Source: a virus
Lineage: Duplodnaviria > Caudoviricetes
IMG/VR virus record: IMGVR_UViG_3300033067_000541
Location: 1 to 34,324 of that record
Reading direction: 5' to 3' (one strand)
Length of the DNA: 34,324 bases
How positions within the stretch are numbered: position 1 is the stretch's first letter; each line of letters opens with the position of its first letter. Shown here piece by piece: positions 10,101 to 17,630 of the stretch. The translations under genes were made by a program, and so were the position numbers. Under the pieces are notes generated by a model. The model had not been told where the DNA came from. It saw only the letters and a list, made by a program, of their open reading frames with translations, and did no database searches.

Positions 10101-11131
10101 CTCTCGAAATCGTTGCGACCCTTTGGCCTTATGGCAATCTTGACGTCCTTGGCCGCTTTGCGGGCGGTTTCCAGCGCCGAACCGACCTGCGACAGGGGAG
10201 CATTCGGGTCCTTGGGCTTGTCGCCTTGCTGGGTCAGTTTGCGTAGGTCTTCCCCGCGCTGGCCCATCTGAACGGCGATGAACGGTGATGGCTTCGAGCG
10301 GAACCATTCATCGGTAAGGTCAGTAACGCCCTGCCCAAATCCGGCGAGACTTTCACCAATCCCTACAGTTCCGGAAGCAATGGCGCCCGGCGTGTTGTAG
10401 AGCATGGAGCCGATCGATTCCCACCAGCTCAGGTTCTGGAGGTCATCGTGTGAGACTTCGAGATTTTCCCTCGCCTGATCCAGCCATGTCCGCAGCTTCG
10501 GAGCCGACGAGGTCAGCGCATCTATGTTCTTCGCGGTCTTGGCGAACTCATAGGACTGGCGATTGGCCGAGACTTCACCACGGTTGACGCCAAGCTCTCG
10601 CGCCGTCTCGATATCCCTTGCCGCATCATCCGGCGTTCCGGGTTGTTGGGCCAGCGCAGAGCGAACGCCTGCTGCGGCCCGATCGTCACGCTGTTGCTTC
10701 AGGTCGATGATCGTCGCTTCGCTCAGCGGGCCATTCTCAGGACCGCCCGTGCCGTTGATCGCAAAGCCCTGATCGGGTTGCGGATCGCCTTCCAGATCGC
10801 GCGCCGTGAGCGCGGGCGATGGTCCAAGCGAAGAATACTGCCTATCCTGCTCGAAGCGATTGAACAGCGGATCGCCTTCCTGCGGGACAAACGCCTGAGT
10901 TGGCGTAGACGGCCTCTCAAGATCGGGCGTGTCATAGCCGCCCTTGCGCATGTAGTCGGGACGCTTCAGCGGGCCGGGAGGCAGGGGTTCGTCAGGTCCG
11001 AGCTGGACCATGGGCGTGTCGCGCAGGCGCTTGAACTTGGCGTCCGATTCCTCGCGATACCGACGCGCTTCATCTTCGGCGTTGATCTCGCTGACCACAC
11101 GCCTGACGCCGTCCGGAATGGTGAAGGTCAT
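1172..11131 (-). CDS. Giant internal virion/DNA-ejection protein (T7 gp16 position), polyvalent: LPD22-like, HTH pairs, two HEXXH metallopeptidases, LPD23-like, GNAT, ADP-ribosyltransferase
   Basis: 3324-aa ORF in the track; likely start ATG 11131 (ATGA overlap with the upstream stop). Motifs: STLVHEAAHWYL, IWRETGW..GDWVWEI, IQHEIQHAIQ, VYIENVFNEFLPDVFRRYGY, LYHGT..GTYFST..GYDGV..EVVIFDPKNIR. Last of three ejection genes before the fibre. Confidence 0.88.
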   Translation of the reverse strand: MTFTIPDGVRRVVSEINAEDEARRYREESDAKFKRLRDTPMVQLGPDEPLPPGPLKRPDYMRKGGYDTPDLERPSTPTQAFVPQEGDPLFNRFEQDRQYSSLGPSPALTARDLEGDPQPDQGFAINGTGGPENGPLSEATIIDLKQQRDDRAAAGVRSALAQQPGTPDDAARDIETARELGVNRGEVSANRQSYEFAKTAKNIDALTSSAPKLRTWLDQARENLEVSHDDLQNLSWWESIGSMLYNTPGAIASGTVGIGESLAGFGQGVTDLTDEWFRSKPSPFIAVQMGQRGEDLRKLTQQGDKPKDPNAPLSQVGSALETARKAAKDVKIAIRPKGRNDFESGYYSGIESLTQNVPLIAASVVTGNPEIAMAGMSSLTAGEAYSRATDERPDLSVAARVGFALREGGIEFLTEVVPTSMIVEGILKGTVKSMITEGVKSRLAEHLGEQAATALQDLDEWLTLKPEGTWEQYLNDRPSAAMQTFVATLVGTEGQMAAGKAADVAFNRISEQAQQKRTDQLSATFDAMAQGAADSKLLNRLPDKYREAVAAVTKDGPLESVRVAPEAFTELAQSANVTTDQLAQAFRIDPADMNASIASGEDVVIPAGNYAAALKTAKKEIGVSGETIHGALSPNMRLRADDFTVKEREAMKSVFEAEQKAQVEAGNVDQAFADSADRVREVIREQVAGLGIFNTEAANTQASIIGEMVTTLAERTGQDPEALWKEQGFDIVTSLTGQEDAGSLDQGLQRQAIQVDDETVLAASEKLPPHEFEVWKEAIKGGSNDEVTDRLNANRDGDHLMEPKDVARILSRVREKGFEVQKLRTGPALSAETQKIIDLKARGLDNAEIGRQLFPHLSVKERTKKARVASNNNWKAVEARRQELSLAQEKRGSFTPRAMGRSTIRLFESSNLSTLVHEAAHWYLDTLWRMANIPAQTTAPTMTVREGSVLTAEEMSAILNPQDMVHPFVMEQIAAILEWQGKSPNWTAMFDDQGNFTQEGRDIQEAFAESFEAYLREGKAPTSALRSVFASFKAWLLRIYKSVTSIGSRVKLNDEIRQVFDRMLATDEAIKAQTSTMTRDAEAMAKALLEKGVITERQVEKTRERLLAAKERAEAELMARLMEDYERNQKAWWRDEERQTRREVQSEIDERPEQRAYAWLSGKGWRATREGLVEEAANMADAMASLEQYDEALAFSRYYEPDANDENLKRLQERMRADGVDPVIMLFKAPNGRIIAFQGSAAGYSHDLAREIMGLGDLKLQHGIYDPRKGLAGMQGIDWYATTGTQDTLSSPELAQFAPRSAAGAPLHSLMRATLMDIGGESKEDIWRETGWAQTKFGDWVWEIPGKPQFNFNPETKAQSGRLDQLIEWPELFEAMPILRTVYLKASTGAQSGRFEGAQPVTFPSGETRIVPLINARGSVAGSNTLMETIQHEIQHAIQAFGGFASGGASNRVEFYRGTKMFESEVARLRKLDAKLLELASAEGSGSILFEPMDEVTLETNAALNVYLHNHGEWQARQVEWRSRMPAEWRWANPPGTEVPGTQENVDERHTWATLDELRAAGAVQRSGDESANPSVRLARTLAGNQEPAAPVAGEAVGQDNGGGEGTSELAQRVGPTERAAEIQRVLDYFKTNPEAARNVSLSAIMAATQSSAIGVDQARRMFRERVSPEQAKRLAAIDAGMSLVQDWLISHPNAFATMRVGEIARAVGVPVEAVQRVKAEEQGSLSQLSDAGVAAIRQFMATPLQNAHILVDKYEVYLRKGRRVDERGELVTTLDLASIQRTDSENASFEIGRAPNEKPGDFRELVARLEQEARDNGLDAVYIENVFNEFLPDVFRRYGYTQMPGGFPHSFIKHVDGGSLSQSSLDMSEAGRMQRAREQGFDVETPLYHGTDKSFDEFSASPRHRNDTGHYGKGTYFSTSPGEANYFAEWAPGADAPSPTARVIKAYAKGKLFEVTDGGFVTQIVPEFLSSLKGMKGLPRQVEELSKQWEDAVAKVNVEKIQVRMDPYSRRMNHSIPDEMIDADGVATVWTDADSAVARYYPSEKDAVADLAYRQLERDGVRFPLTVAAAIQRNIGADEFSELLKRNGYDGVRAGDEVVIFDPKNIRDADASFDPSQSGSSKLLAQAANTTGRTAPPPNLPPMRLNLQAVKEQYGEEALASLPPEIVAYSAAATDLDQFVEIAVDVRKTLKKKRPKSLWKFLAQRRVIGSGNDKIAYSGIVDEGGELLKIIGEKKAAPGLIADETKDGKKVRSYTLDHAAEAAYEAGYFTSPPTPAELLDALRNDVDGQAVLYTANDMPAVQERESAERWEAWFEENGVDITGDPLFGLRDQLANVLSGQQENAIGPDEAAEFFKMADGNALLQGLNQGAKRNQLIREETRRRMIAKHGDIFRDGTLEQEAAAYARNEIQQRQFEIELDALAKATGQQAASNLAKQQAIENLRSKQVREVLNFNQWLVLERRWSKKAIEAAEKGDFAKAAEYARYRLINSHMYTEGRKLADKIESARKHLLDYGSKTKQQRLFHAGKDYAEQMNGLLTDYQFRNETKKGENKRAARAAWLQGQMAGIDPFAAYNDATKSPTEQMAEAQAAIEKSRTLVDLAEGVDARNYKSLTVDELMGVRDEADMIWRLATLKDKLIKEGERRRLSLAAEDIAAEIETNQPNRKPREPVESDTFAAKTKRGVLKYFAMHRTLQSLARQFAGGKDGGQFWNYIVRPLNDAFARLAVLRKQMGKDLDKLFGVYSKAERGRFFKERIHFAQLGVSLTKQGRLAVALNWGNEKNRARLMDSTGWDEAGIASVLDTLTKKDWDFVQSVWDYLDTWFPEANKVHESVHGVPMDKVAPIPIATKFGGYKGGYYPIMFDPELSSKAGQRAVEAETKGAVPKVGNRTQPGFGKKRVEGRVTLPLRLSVIDVVSKHLDQVATSIATEEAFFDAGRLLKQKVVEDAIVQRHGRQIYNTIINTVVTAKFGLEGASGVLNHLRNGATVVGLGWKVATAALQPLGVTNSVVRVGGYWVAKGYAAMGTDALTIRRRASWATEKSDFMKNRRQSQSPELSALRSSMRKGVTPRWVTDNLFWLMSNIQFYSVDVPTWYAGYFKASAAGMNEADAIAEADQAVIDAQGGGEIHQTAAIQTGAGTRYSAALRLLTNFMSYMITTYNLSVQRVRNTKTALGVAALSLDLVLLLAVPVAGKMALDAWTKGGGDDDDDYWEKYAREQVSFLMSQFVGLSQIAGAARGDDAFSYRGPAGLGIFAEGTNAAKALAELDLDESFWRPANRTAGMIFHYPAAQLDATVRGAMALWNGETDNPAAIFFGPPPKN
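4760..5542 (-). other. ADP-ribosyltransferase module (ART-PolyVal type, H-Y-E clade) inside the giant protein
   Basis: TPLYHGTDKSFDEF...HYGKGTYFSTSPGEANYFA...VIKAY...GYDGV..GDEVVIFDPKNIR; DNA visibly more A/T-rich than its flanks. Confidence 0.8.
5552..5947 (-). other. GNAT-like acetyltransferase module inside the giant protein
   Basis: LDLASIQ...PGDFRELVARLEQEARDNGLDAVYIENVFNEFLPDVFRRYGY matches the GNAT strand-helix-strand layout with N and the F..RYGY ending. Confidence 0.6.
6305..7243 (-). other. LPD23-like domain plus zincin metallopeptidase (HEIQH at 6824-6838) inside the giant protein
   Basis: EDIWRETGWAQTKFGDWVWEIP...LDQLIEWPELFEAMPIL...TIQHEIQHAIQAFGGFASGG...YLHNHGEWQARQVEWR. Confidence 0.75.
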
Positions 11132-12744
11132 TGGCTCGCCACCCACTGGTCATAGGCGGCGCGCGCTTCACCTGGAGACGGAGGGCGGCCATACTGCTGC
11201 TGGAAAGCGCCAAACGCTTCCTTGTAGGCCTGATTGTCGATGTGACTCGAATTGGCGAAGTCGTAGGCGTAGGTTTCCCACTGGACGACAGGCAGGTTCT
11301 TGCCGTCCTTCATGCGGCCAACAGCAAGGGCCGCCGCGCTTCTGATCTGCTCCGGGGACAGCTTTGCTCCACCCGTTTCAGGCGCCATCTCCGCCGCGGC
11401 CTGACGCAGATAACCGCCAAGCTCAATAGCCTCGCGCGTCTTGTCCTTGCGATCCGAACCGACTTGCCATTTCGGGGGCGCAATGCGCTTGGCCTCGTCG
11501 ATAAGCTGGCCCTCGATGCGGTCCACTTCGTTCACGGTCTTTCCGGTCTCGCGCATTTCATAGCGTTTCTTGTTCAGCTCGCGCTGATCGTCCGGCGTCA
11601 TATGCTTGTAGAGTTCATAGAGCTGCGGATCCCACTGGGTTTCCGGGTCCAGCATGAACTGCGCAGGCGTCATGGTTGAAGAGGACTGCAGCGAGTACAT
11701 CGCCTGTTGGCTCCAGCTCTTCCATTCGTTCTTCTGCGCCTCGGTCAGCTTGTCTTCGGCGTTCGCTTCCGCTTTTCGGCGGTCCTGCTCCGCCCGGATG
11801 GAACGCCACAGCGCAGGCTGGTCATTCAGGGCGATCTCGCCTTTGTCGACGGCGGACTGGAGGTCCTTGAAGCTGTAGCCGTCCGTGAGGATGCCCATCT
11901 CGAACGAATTGGCGGCCTTGATCTCGGCCTTGCGCTTTTCCGCATCAAGCCGGTTCTGCTCGGCTCGCATATCCTGCTGGGTCGCTTCCCTTGCCTGCTT
12001 CAGCGCTTTCTGTTCCTCGGCATTGCCGTTGAACTCCGCGATGATGGTCTCGGCGCCTGCATCATCGCCCGCCATGGTCAGCTTCTCGACGCTGTCACGG
12101 GTGCGGATCAGGCTGTCCTTCTGAAGCCAGGTATCCAGTTCGGCATTCATCCTGGCGGCATCGTCCTTGCCCAGAACGCCGTCCTTCACATGACGATCGT
12201 TGAGGCCCTTCTGCGCTGCGATGTTGGCTGCAACGGTTTCGCGCGAGAGGGACAGGTCCCCGACCTGCTTGGCCATTGCAGCGTTATCGCTGATGATGTT
12301 GGCCTTGGCGCCTTCCAGCTGGCGCTGCCGCATGAGATTGCGGGTCTGAAACGTACCTTCCAGCTGCCAGTCTCTGGCCCGCTGGGTCCAGAGTTCACGG
12401 GCTGACTGCGGGACAAGCTTGGCATTGTCCGCAATGATCTTTGTCGCGGCATGTTCATACCGCTGCTCAAATTCGGTTGGATCATCCCCGCTGTCGGCAA
12501 GGCCGCGGTATGCACGGTCCAGTTCCTCGCGCGTCTTCTGGCTCGCATTGACCGCGTCACGGTCGATCTGCGCCTGCCGCAACTTCTGGCCGAACTCGAA
12601 CAGTTTCGAGCCAACCTCCACCTGCGCGCGGCCAGCAGCCATCTCTCCCGACGTATCGGGAACAGGCACACTGACGACGCCACGCGTCTGCTGCGCCTGA
12701 CCGCTCTGAAGGCCAAGCTCCTGCGCTCTTGGAATGCGAGCCAT
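11128..12744 (-). CDS. Internal virion/ejection protein (T7 gp15 position)
   Basis: 538 aa, alpha-helical and charged, MARIP start; lies between the gp14-like and gp16-like genes. Confidence 0.7.
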   Translation of the reverse strand: MARIPRAQELGLQSGQAQQTRGVVSVPVPDTSGEMAAGRAQVEVGSKLFEFGQKLRQAQIDRDAVNASQKTREELDRAYRGLADSGDDPTEFEQRYEHAATKIIADNAKLVPQSARELWTQRARDWQLEGTFQTRNLMRQRQLEGAKANIISDNAAMAKQVGDLSLSRETVAANIAAQKGLNDRHVKDGVLGKDDAARMNAELDTWLQKDSLIRTRDSVEKLTMAGDDAGAETIIAEFNGNAEEQKALKQAREATQQDMRAEQNRLDAEKRKAEIKAANSFEMGILTDGYSFKDLQSAVDKGEIALNDQPALWRSIRAEQDRRKAEANAEDKLTEAQKNEWKSWSQQAMYSLQSSSTMTPAQFMLDPETQWDPQLYELYKHMTPDDQRELNKKRYEMRETGKTVNEVDRIEGQLIDEAKRIAPPKWQVGSDRKDKTREAIELGGYLRQAAAEMAPETGGAKLSPEQIRSAAALAVGRMKDGKNLPVVQWETYAYDFANSSHIDNQAYKEAFGAFQQQYGRPPSPGEARAAYDQWVASQ

Positions 12745-13248
12745 TTATCCGCCGAAGACTTTCGACCAATCCGCATCGATCATGTCGCCAATCCCACTGA
12801 GGAGCGTTGCGCGACCTGCCGCCCTGTAACCCTTCGCCTGCGCCTCTGCCGAACGCTTGGAGGAAATCCCGGTATAGCGGGAGACCTTCGCCGCGTAGCG
12901 GTCCTGCCTTGCCCGATCCTCCGCCTCAGCCATCGTCAGCATGGATTCCAGCCCTGCTTCGCGGATCGTTTCATCGGTGATCGCCTGGACACTGACATCG
13001 GTCGTATCACCGCCGCCGGCCGCAGCCCTTGCACGCTGTGTCGCGATAATGCTTTCCGCGCGCTTCTTGATGAGGTCCGCATTGTAGGAGCCGACAGCCA
13101 CGCCCTGCTTCGCGCGGGTCTCGAGCTGCTTGGCTTCGGCCTCGCCCGCCAGCATGGCGCGCTGACCAGCTTCCTCGGCGGCTGCAGCCTGGGCCTTATA
13201 GCCCTTGCGCTGCTCGTTCGCCCCGAGACCCTTGAAGATGAAGCTCAC
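12745..13248 (-). CDS. Small internal virion/ejection protein (T7 gp14 position)
   Basis: 167 aa, Ala/Gly-rich helical; QRARAAAGGGD and AAGRATLLSGIG segments typical of podophage gp14-like proteins. Confidence 0.75.
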   Translation of the reverse strand: MSFIFKGLGANEQRKGYKAQAAAAEEAGQRAMLAGEAEAKQLETRAKQGVAVGSYNADLIKKRAESIIATQRARAAAGGGDTTDVSVQAITDETIREAGLESMLTMAEAEDRARQDRYAAKVSRYTGISSKRSAEAQAKGYRAAGRATLLSGIGDMIDADWSKVFGG

Positions 13249-13594
13249 GCCGCCATACCTTTTTTGCCTCGTCGACGGGCCTGAACCCTAGACGTTCAAG
13301 CCAGACATCAGCTCTCGGAATCTCGTAATTGCAGTCGGCCCAGACCTCCGGAACGCCTGCCCTGTCCAGCGCCCACAACAGCTTCAGCGCCTCAGCGTGA
13401 ACCTTGTGCGGGCATCCCTCACGCTGATCGAAGTTCCCCCACCAGCGGTCCTGATCGTCGATCCAGACCAGCCCGATCGCCACCAGCCGCTCATCACGCC
13501 TGACAGCAAAGCCCATGATGCGGGAGGGATGCGGAAAGTCTTCAACACCCCATTCCTGGAAATGGCCGGCATTGAGGTCTTCGTACCGGATCAC
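13196..13594 (-). CDS. GNAT-fold tail assembly protein (T7 gp13-like position)
   Basis: 132 aa, GTGA overlap with the nozzle stop; LVAIGLVW and ADVWLERLGFRP motifs; position between nozzle and ejection genes. Confidence 0.65.
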   Translation of the reverse strand: MIRYEDLNAGHFQEWGVEDFPHPSRIMGFAVRRDERLVAIGLVWIDDQDRWWGNFDQREGCPHKVHAEALKLLWALDRAGVPEVWADCNYEIPRADVWLERLGFRPVDEAKKVWRRELHLQGSRGERAAQGL

Positions 13595-15891
13595 CCCGTC
13601 TTCTCGTTGGTTTCCATGTGCGGGACCATGCCCAGAACCGTCGCAGGCCCTGCGCTCGGCATTGACAGGCAGACACGCGGGTCCTTGGACGAATTGCCAT
13701 TGAAGGGCTGGTTGATATCGTCGGTTACCGGAACCATTGGGCTATCGTAAGTCTCCGGATTAGGACCCTTCAGCGTCTCCATCGTCGTGAAGTCGCGGCC
13801 CCATTTCAGGGCTCCCGGCGGCGTCCGGTAAGGCAGGAGGCCAATGCGCTTGATCTGCCTGTCCTGCGTCAGGGCTGATCCGACATTTGTCCCGCCCAGA
13901 ACCCGCGCCGACTTGTACCTGCCCTCGTAGAGGATGCCGACAATGGCGTAGGTCGTCGCCGTGGTCAGCGTGATGGCCCCGCTTGCCACCGTGAACGGTC
14001 CCTGCTGCTGGCCATTGGCCCATGCATAGACCGTCATCCCTTCAAGATGGCTCAGGCCCGTAATGCTGGTCGTCGATACCCCGTAATATTCAATCGCGGA
14101 GCGAAGGCGCCAGGCATCCTCCATATTCTCCCATGCTTCAGGAGCGAGTTTCTCGATATAGCGCACCGTCGAGCTATCAACCGTCCGCCTCACCGCGAAA
14201 TAAACACTGTCCTCGACATCCCCGGGCAGGCAGCAGACGCTCTCGTAATAAGCCCCGGTATCGACCAGCCTGCACCAGGCAACCACCCCCTCGGTCGGTT
14301 CAAACACCAGAACCGACATCCGCCCATCATCGCAGGGCAGCCAGATCCTCGGCTCCGGATTGTACTGGACTGCGCATTCCAGCGCGCCGTCCGTAGTGCC
14401 CTCGTTTCCGAATATCGTCCGGTGCAGCCGCGTCAGTTCGTTGAGTTCGTATTTTTCTCCAGTCAGCGCCATGCGGAACAGCTTGCGCCGGCTGCGATCG
14501 ACAAATGCGACATCCTCGTCAACGACCTGTGCCTGCGCATCCGCAGAGCCCCGCCTTGACCGCGGCCTTGCCTTGGCCGTGGTTGGCGTAATCACATCAT
14601 CCAGCGCATTGGTGCCGATCTCGGCTTCGCGCGCATCCATGCAGATCATAAGGCGGCCGACGCCGACCATGGACTGGACCGAACCCCAGCCGCCAGTCAC
14701 GCGGCGGGAGACCGCATCATCATCTTCGACGCCGATCGAGAAGGCTTCGAAGTCGTCCGATTCCGAGCCCCAGAACCTGTCATCCCGGCCACCCCACAGG
14801 CGGCCATCCGCCAATGCTACGGCGGATAGCCAGCCCGCCGCAGCCGACCATGCGCCAAACGCCCAGTCAGTTGTCGCTGTCGTCTTGCCTACCGGGCTCA
14901 GGATATCGACCGTGCAGGAATTGTCCGCCTCGACGCTATGGATACGGACTATGCCCGTCGTCACCCCATTAGCATGGGTGAGAGCGACCGTTGCCGTTCC
15001 TGACGTATAAGCCGTTGCGATGACCCGGTAATAGACAATCTGGTTATCCAGGTCGTCGTCATAAGTCGTCGAGGTCGTGCCGGTGTGGGTCTGGTACGTG
15101 ACCCAGTTGTATTCATTGCCGACGCTGCGCTGCAGGACCAGCGTTGCCGTGAACACCCCGGTGATATCCAGCGTAAACTTGCGATTGTCGCCTGTCCCGG
15201 TAACCCGGATTGTTTCCGAGGTTTCGCTCAGTGCATCGATAGAGGCCGTGATGTACTGGCCCTGATGCTGGACTTTGACCAGCGCCCCTTCATGCGTGGC
15301 CCGGAAGATCGGAGCCGACGCCGTGAGCGTTGCCTCGCCCGTATTGCTCGAGCATGTCAGGGTGGTGGTCGAGACGTTGAGGTTGGCGAACGGGCCATTC
15401 TCGGGTTGGAACTTCCGTAGGCTCCAGCTCTTGGCCCCGCGGCGCTCCAGAACCCGGGTCTGGATCGACTTCGTTGCAATCCACGCCACGTCAAAGCTCT
15501 GCTCCATGCGGAGCGAGCGCAGCAGGTTTTCCTGCCATGGCGTTTCCAGCGTGAGAGTTCCTGCCGTCAGGGCCTGGAAAGCAATGAGACTGGCCTTGCC
15601 CTCAGCTGCTCCGACATAGCCAATGTCTGGAAGCCGGAATTCGACATAGTAGGGCGAGACGCCCGGGGTAAACGTGATGACATGGACGCCCGGATAGAGC
15701 GTTATGTCCGTGAACAGTTCCTGCCCGCCAGCCGTTGTCCCGGCCCGCATCTTCAGCGGCCGGCGTTCGACCTCGAAAGAGAATGACACCTCATCTGTTG
15801 GCGCAGCAGTCGTGATCTGAGAGCGCGCAATGGCCTCATTTCCCGCTGTCGTGACAAACGCGACATCAGCCCCGGATACGGAAATGCCCAT
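13591..15891 (-). CDS. Tail tubular protein B / nozzle (T7 gp12, P22 gp10-like), C-terminal part
   Basis: 766 aa beta-rich; TPW..LL..LRMEQSFDV, WAFGAWS...W.SAV..ADGRLWGG, FWGSESDDFE, VVAWCR, VYFAVRR, VRYIEKL, GLSHLEG motifs. Confidence 0.85.
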   Translation of the reverse strand: MGISVSGADVAFVTTAGNEAIARSQITTAAPTDEVSFSFEVERRPLKMRAGTTAGGQELFTDITLYPGVHVITFTPGVSPYYVEFRLPDIGYVGAAEGKASLIAFQALTAGTLTLETPWQENLLRSLRMEQSFDVAWIATKSIQTRVLERRGAKSWSLRKFQPENGPFANLNVSTTTLTCSSNTGEATLTASAPIFRATHEGALVKVQHQGQYITASIDALSETSETIRVTGTGDNRKFTLDITGVFTATLVLQRSVGNEYNWVTYQTHTGTTSTTYDDDLDNQIVYYRVIATAYTSGTATVALTHANGVTTGIVRIHSVEADNSCTVDILSPVGKTTATTDWAFGAWSAAAGWLSAVALADGRLWGGRDDRFWGSESDDFEAFSIGVEDDDAVSRRVTGGWGSVQSMVGVGRLMICMDAREAEIGTNALDDVITPTTAKARPRSRRGSADAQAQVVDEDVAFVDRSRRKLFRMALTGEKYELNELTRLHRTIFGNEGTTDGALECAVQYNPEPRIWLPCDDGRMSVLVFEPTEGVVAWCRLVDTGAYYESVCCLPGDVEDSVYFAVRRTVDSSTVRYIEKLAPEAWENMEDAWRLRSAIEYYGVSTTSITGLSHLEGMTVYAWANGQQQGPFTVASGAITLTTATTYAIVGILYEGRYKSARVLGGTNVGSALTQDRQIKRIGLLPYRTPPGALKWGRDFTTMETLKGPNPETYDSPMVPVTDDINQPFNGNSSKDPRVCLSMPSAGPATVLGMVPHMETNEKTG

Positions 15892-15894
15892 GGA

Positions 15895-16440
15895 TCACGG
15901 CAGGATGAACTGCTGGCCGCCTTCGGTCGTGGCGATCCAGTCATAATCAATGTCGACGAAGAACGGATCACCGACGCCGCCAGAACCAGGCTCGATCGGA
16001 GCGCCGCCGCCCGATGAAGGAGGCGCGGACTGGTCAGACCATGCCCCGATAGTCGCCGCTGCTCCATCAATCGTCAGGTATTCCTCCGTCGTATTGTCGA
16101 TGAAGCGGATCTGGTTGGCGGAGAACTCAAGCACGTAGGCGATTTCGCCTGACCTGACGAAAGGCCTGACAATCGCGATACTCTCGCCCTCGGTCGTGAT
16201 CTCTGCGCCGGCTTCATCAAGGACGGAATCGCCATCTTCTTCGGTGACAACGGCGAGGGCTGTCACGTCATTGAGGAATTTCGAGCCGGGAACCTTGGAC
16301 ATCTTCCCCTGCGTGTAGGGAAAGGCATTCTCGAAAGTCTCGGCAAGGCGGGAATAGATATCGAGATCGACCCGCGCCAGCGTCTCCTTGTCGCCCTCGC
16401 CGCCGTTGAAGGCAACGATCGTGGGATTGGTCTTACCCAT
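15895..16440 (-). CDS. Tail tubular protein B / nozzle, N-terminal part (in frame with 13591-15891, separated by TGA-TCC)
   Basis: MGKTNPTIVAFNGGE...LARVDLDIY...ENAFPYTQGKM..VPGSKF...VRPFV...AYVLEF..NQIRF is the canonical nozzle N-terminus. Confidence 0.8.
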   Translation of the reverse strand: MGKTNPTIVAFNGGEGDKETLARVDLDIYSRLAETFENAFPYTQGKMSKVPGSKFLNDVTALAVVTEEDGDSVLDEAGAEITTEGESIAIVRPFVRSGEIAYVLEFSANQIRFIDNTTEEYLTIDGAAATIGAWSDQSAPPSSGGGAPIEPGSGGVGDPFFVDIDYDWIATTEGGQQFILP

Positions 16441-17035
16441 TGTACCGCCGCGAGAAGCCGTAGCGCGCCTTTTCGTATTCGCCCGGAGGGATCACGAACG
16501 GGCCATTCTGCTGGGCATCCCACAGCTTGGCCTCGGACAGGGTCATGCGCGCACCCTTGGCCAACTTGTCCATGTCGACACCGCTTTTGCCGAAGACGCC
16601 GGCAACCTTGTTGGCGATCTTTGCCGCCAGAGCGCCCGCAAAAACCTCAGGCCACATGCCGGGGGTGTCGATCTTGGTTCCGTCGACATAGTCCAGCCAT
16701 GTGTCTTCCGAGTTGGTGAGGATACGCCCGCCGAAGTCGACATAGTCGATGACCCCGGCAGTCGGGTTGGATGACGCCGCCACCTTGACGATGCGCTTGC
16801 ATTGAGCAGGCTTGCCAAAGCCATAGAGCCAGCCATCCGGCGTATCCCCGACAGCGGCAAGCTGCGCCTTGGTCAGCGAGAAGTTCCAGGTGTGGATCTC
16901 GAACAGCTTCTTGACCTCCCGGTCATAAGCGTTCGTGACGCGCACAACCCAGGTGCTGTCATCGTCCGGACCTGTGGAGGGCGGTTCTGACAGCCACTCC
17001 AGCGCATCGTTGGTGACGTCGAGCTGGCTGCTCAT
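16433..17035 (-). CDS. Tail tubular protein A / adaptor (T7 gp11-like)
   Basis: SQLDVTNDALEWL...AYD..V..L..HTWNFS...WLYGFGKP..C.RI...F..ALAAKIA...EAK.WDAQQ; directly upstream of the nozzle. Confidence 0.85.
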   Translation of the reverse strand: MSSQLDVTNDALEWLSEPPSTGPDDDSTWVVRVTNAYDREVKKLFEIHTWNFSLTKAQLAAVGDTPDGWLYGFGKPAQCKRIVKVAASSNPTAGVIDYVDFGGRILTNSEDTWLDYVDGTKIDTPGMWPEVFAGALAAKIANKVAGVFGKSGVDMDKLAKGARMTLSEAKLWDAQQNGPFVIPPGEYEKARYGFSRRYNG

Positions 17036-17559
17036 CAGGCCGGCTCAGGTTCCTTGGCGGGTTCAGCAGCCTTGGGCTTGCGGCCCGGCTTTGCGCGCGC
17101 TTCGCGGGCCACGACAGTGCCAGCCATCTGTTCGACCGCAGCCGCAGCCTCTTCAGGCGTCTTGAACATCGCGCCCTTCTCGGCGTCATTGTAGAAGATC
17201 GACCATTTGCGGTCGGTCCCCATGAATTCCATGGACCAGCCGTCCGGCAGTCCCGGGATGTCGAACTGGACCGGCGGAACGATGGCAGCCGTGATCAGCT
17301 TGTCGACCGTGGGCAGACAGGCCCTGACCATCAGGCGGACATACCAGGAGCAGTCCTCGGGGCGGATGTCGATCATGTCGCCAACGCGCAGCAGGCGGTC
17401 CTGCTGGCTGCGGGTCTGCATCCGGCCGAAGTATTCGGGCGCCATGACCTGTTCGAGCGTATGCGCGGCCGGAGCCGTGCAGACATAGGTCCCGAACTGC
17501 TTGCCGTCGTGTTCGATCTCGAGCGCGCCCTTGTCCGGGCAACGAATGGGTTCGGGCAT
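17035..17559 (-). CDS. Hypothetical phage protein between capsid and tail genes
   Basis: 174 aa; GGAG Shine-Dalgarno upstream; TGATG coupling to tubular A; basic Pro/Lys C-terminal tail. Confidence 0.7.
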   Translation of the reverse strand: MPEPIRCPDKGALEIEHDGKQFGTYVCTAPAAHTLEQVMAPEYFGRMQTRSQQDRLLRVGDMIDIRPEDCSWYVRLMVRACLPTVDKLITAAIVPPVQFDIPGLPDGWSMEFMGTDRKWSIFYNDAEKGAMFKTPEEAAAAVEQMAGTVVAREARAKPGRKPKAAEPAKEPEPA

Positions 17560-17576
17560 GTTGTCTCCAAAATGGA

Positions 17577-17600
17577 GGGAGGAGGCCGAAGCCCCCTCCC
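17577..17600 (-). terminator. GC-rich hairpin with C(UUCG)G loop downstream of the capsid/cement genes (leaky terminator or mRNA-stabilising stem)
   Basis: Minus strand GGGAGGGGGC-TTCG-GCCTCCTCCC followed by TCCATTTT; position analogous to T7 Tphi. Confidence 0.65.
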
Positions 17601-17630
17601 AGTTTGCGTACTCTCGGGGGAGAGTTCAGA

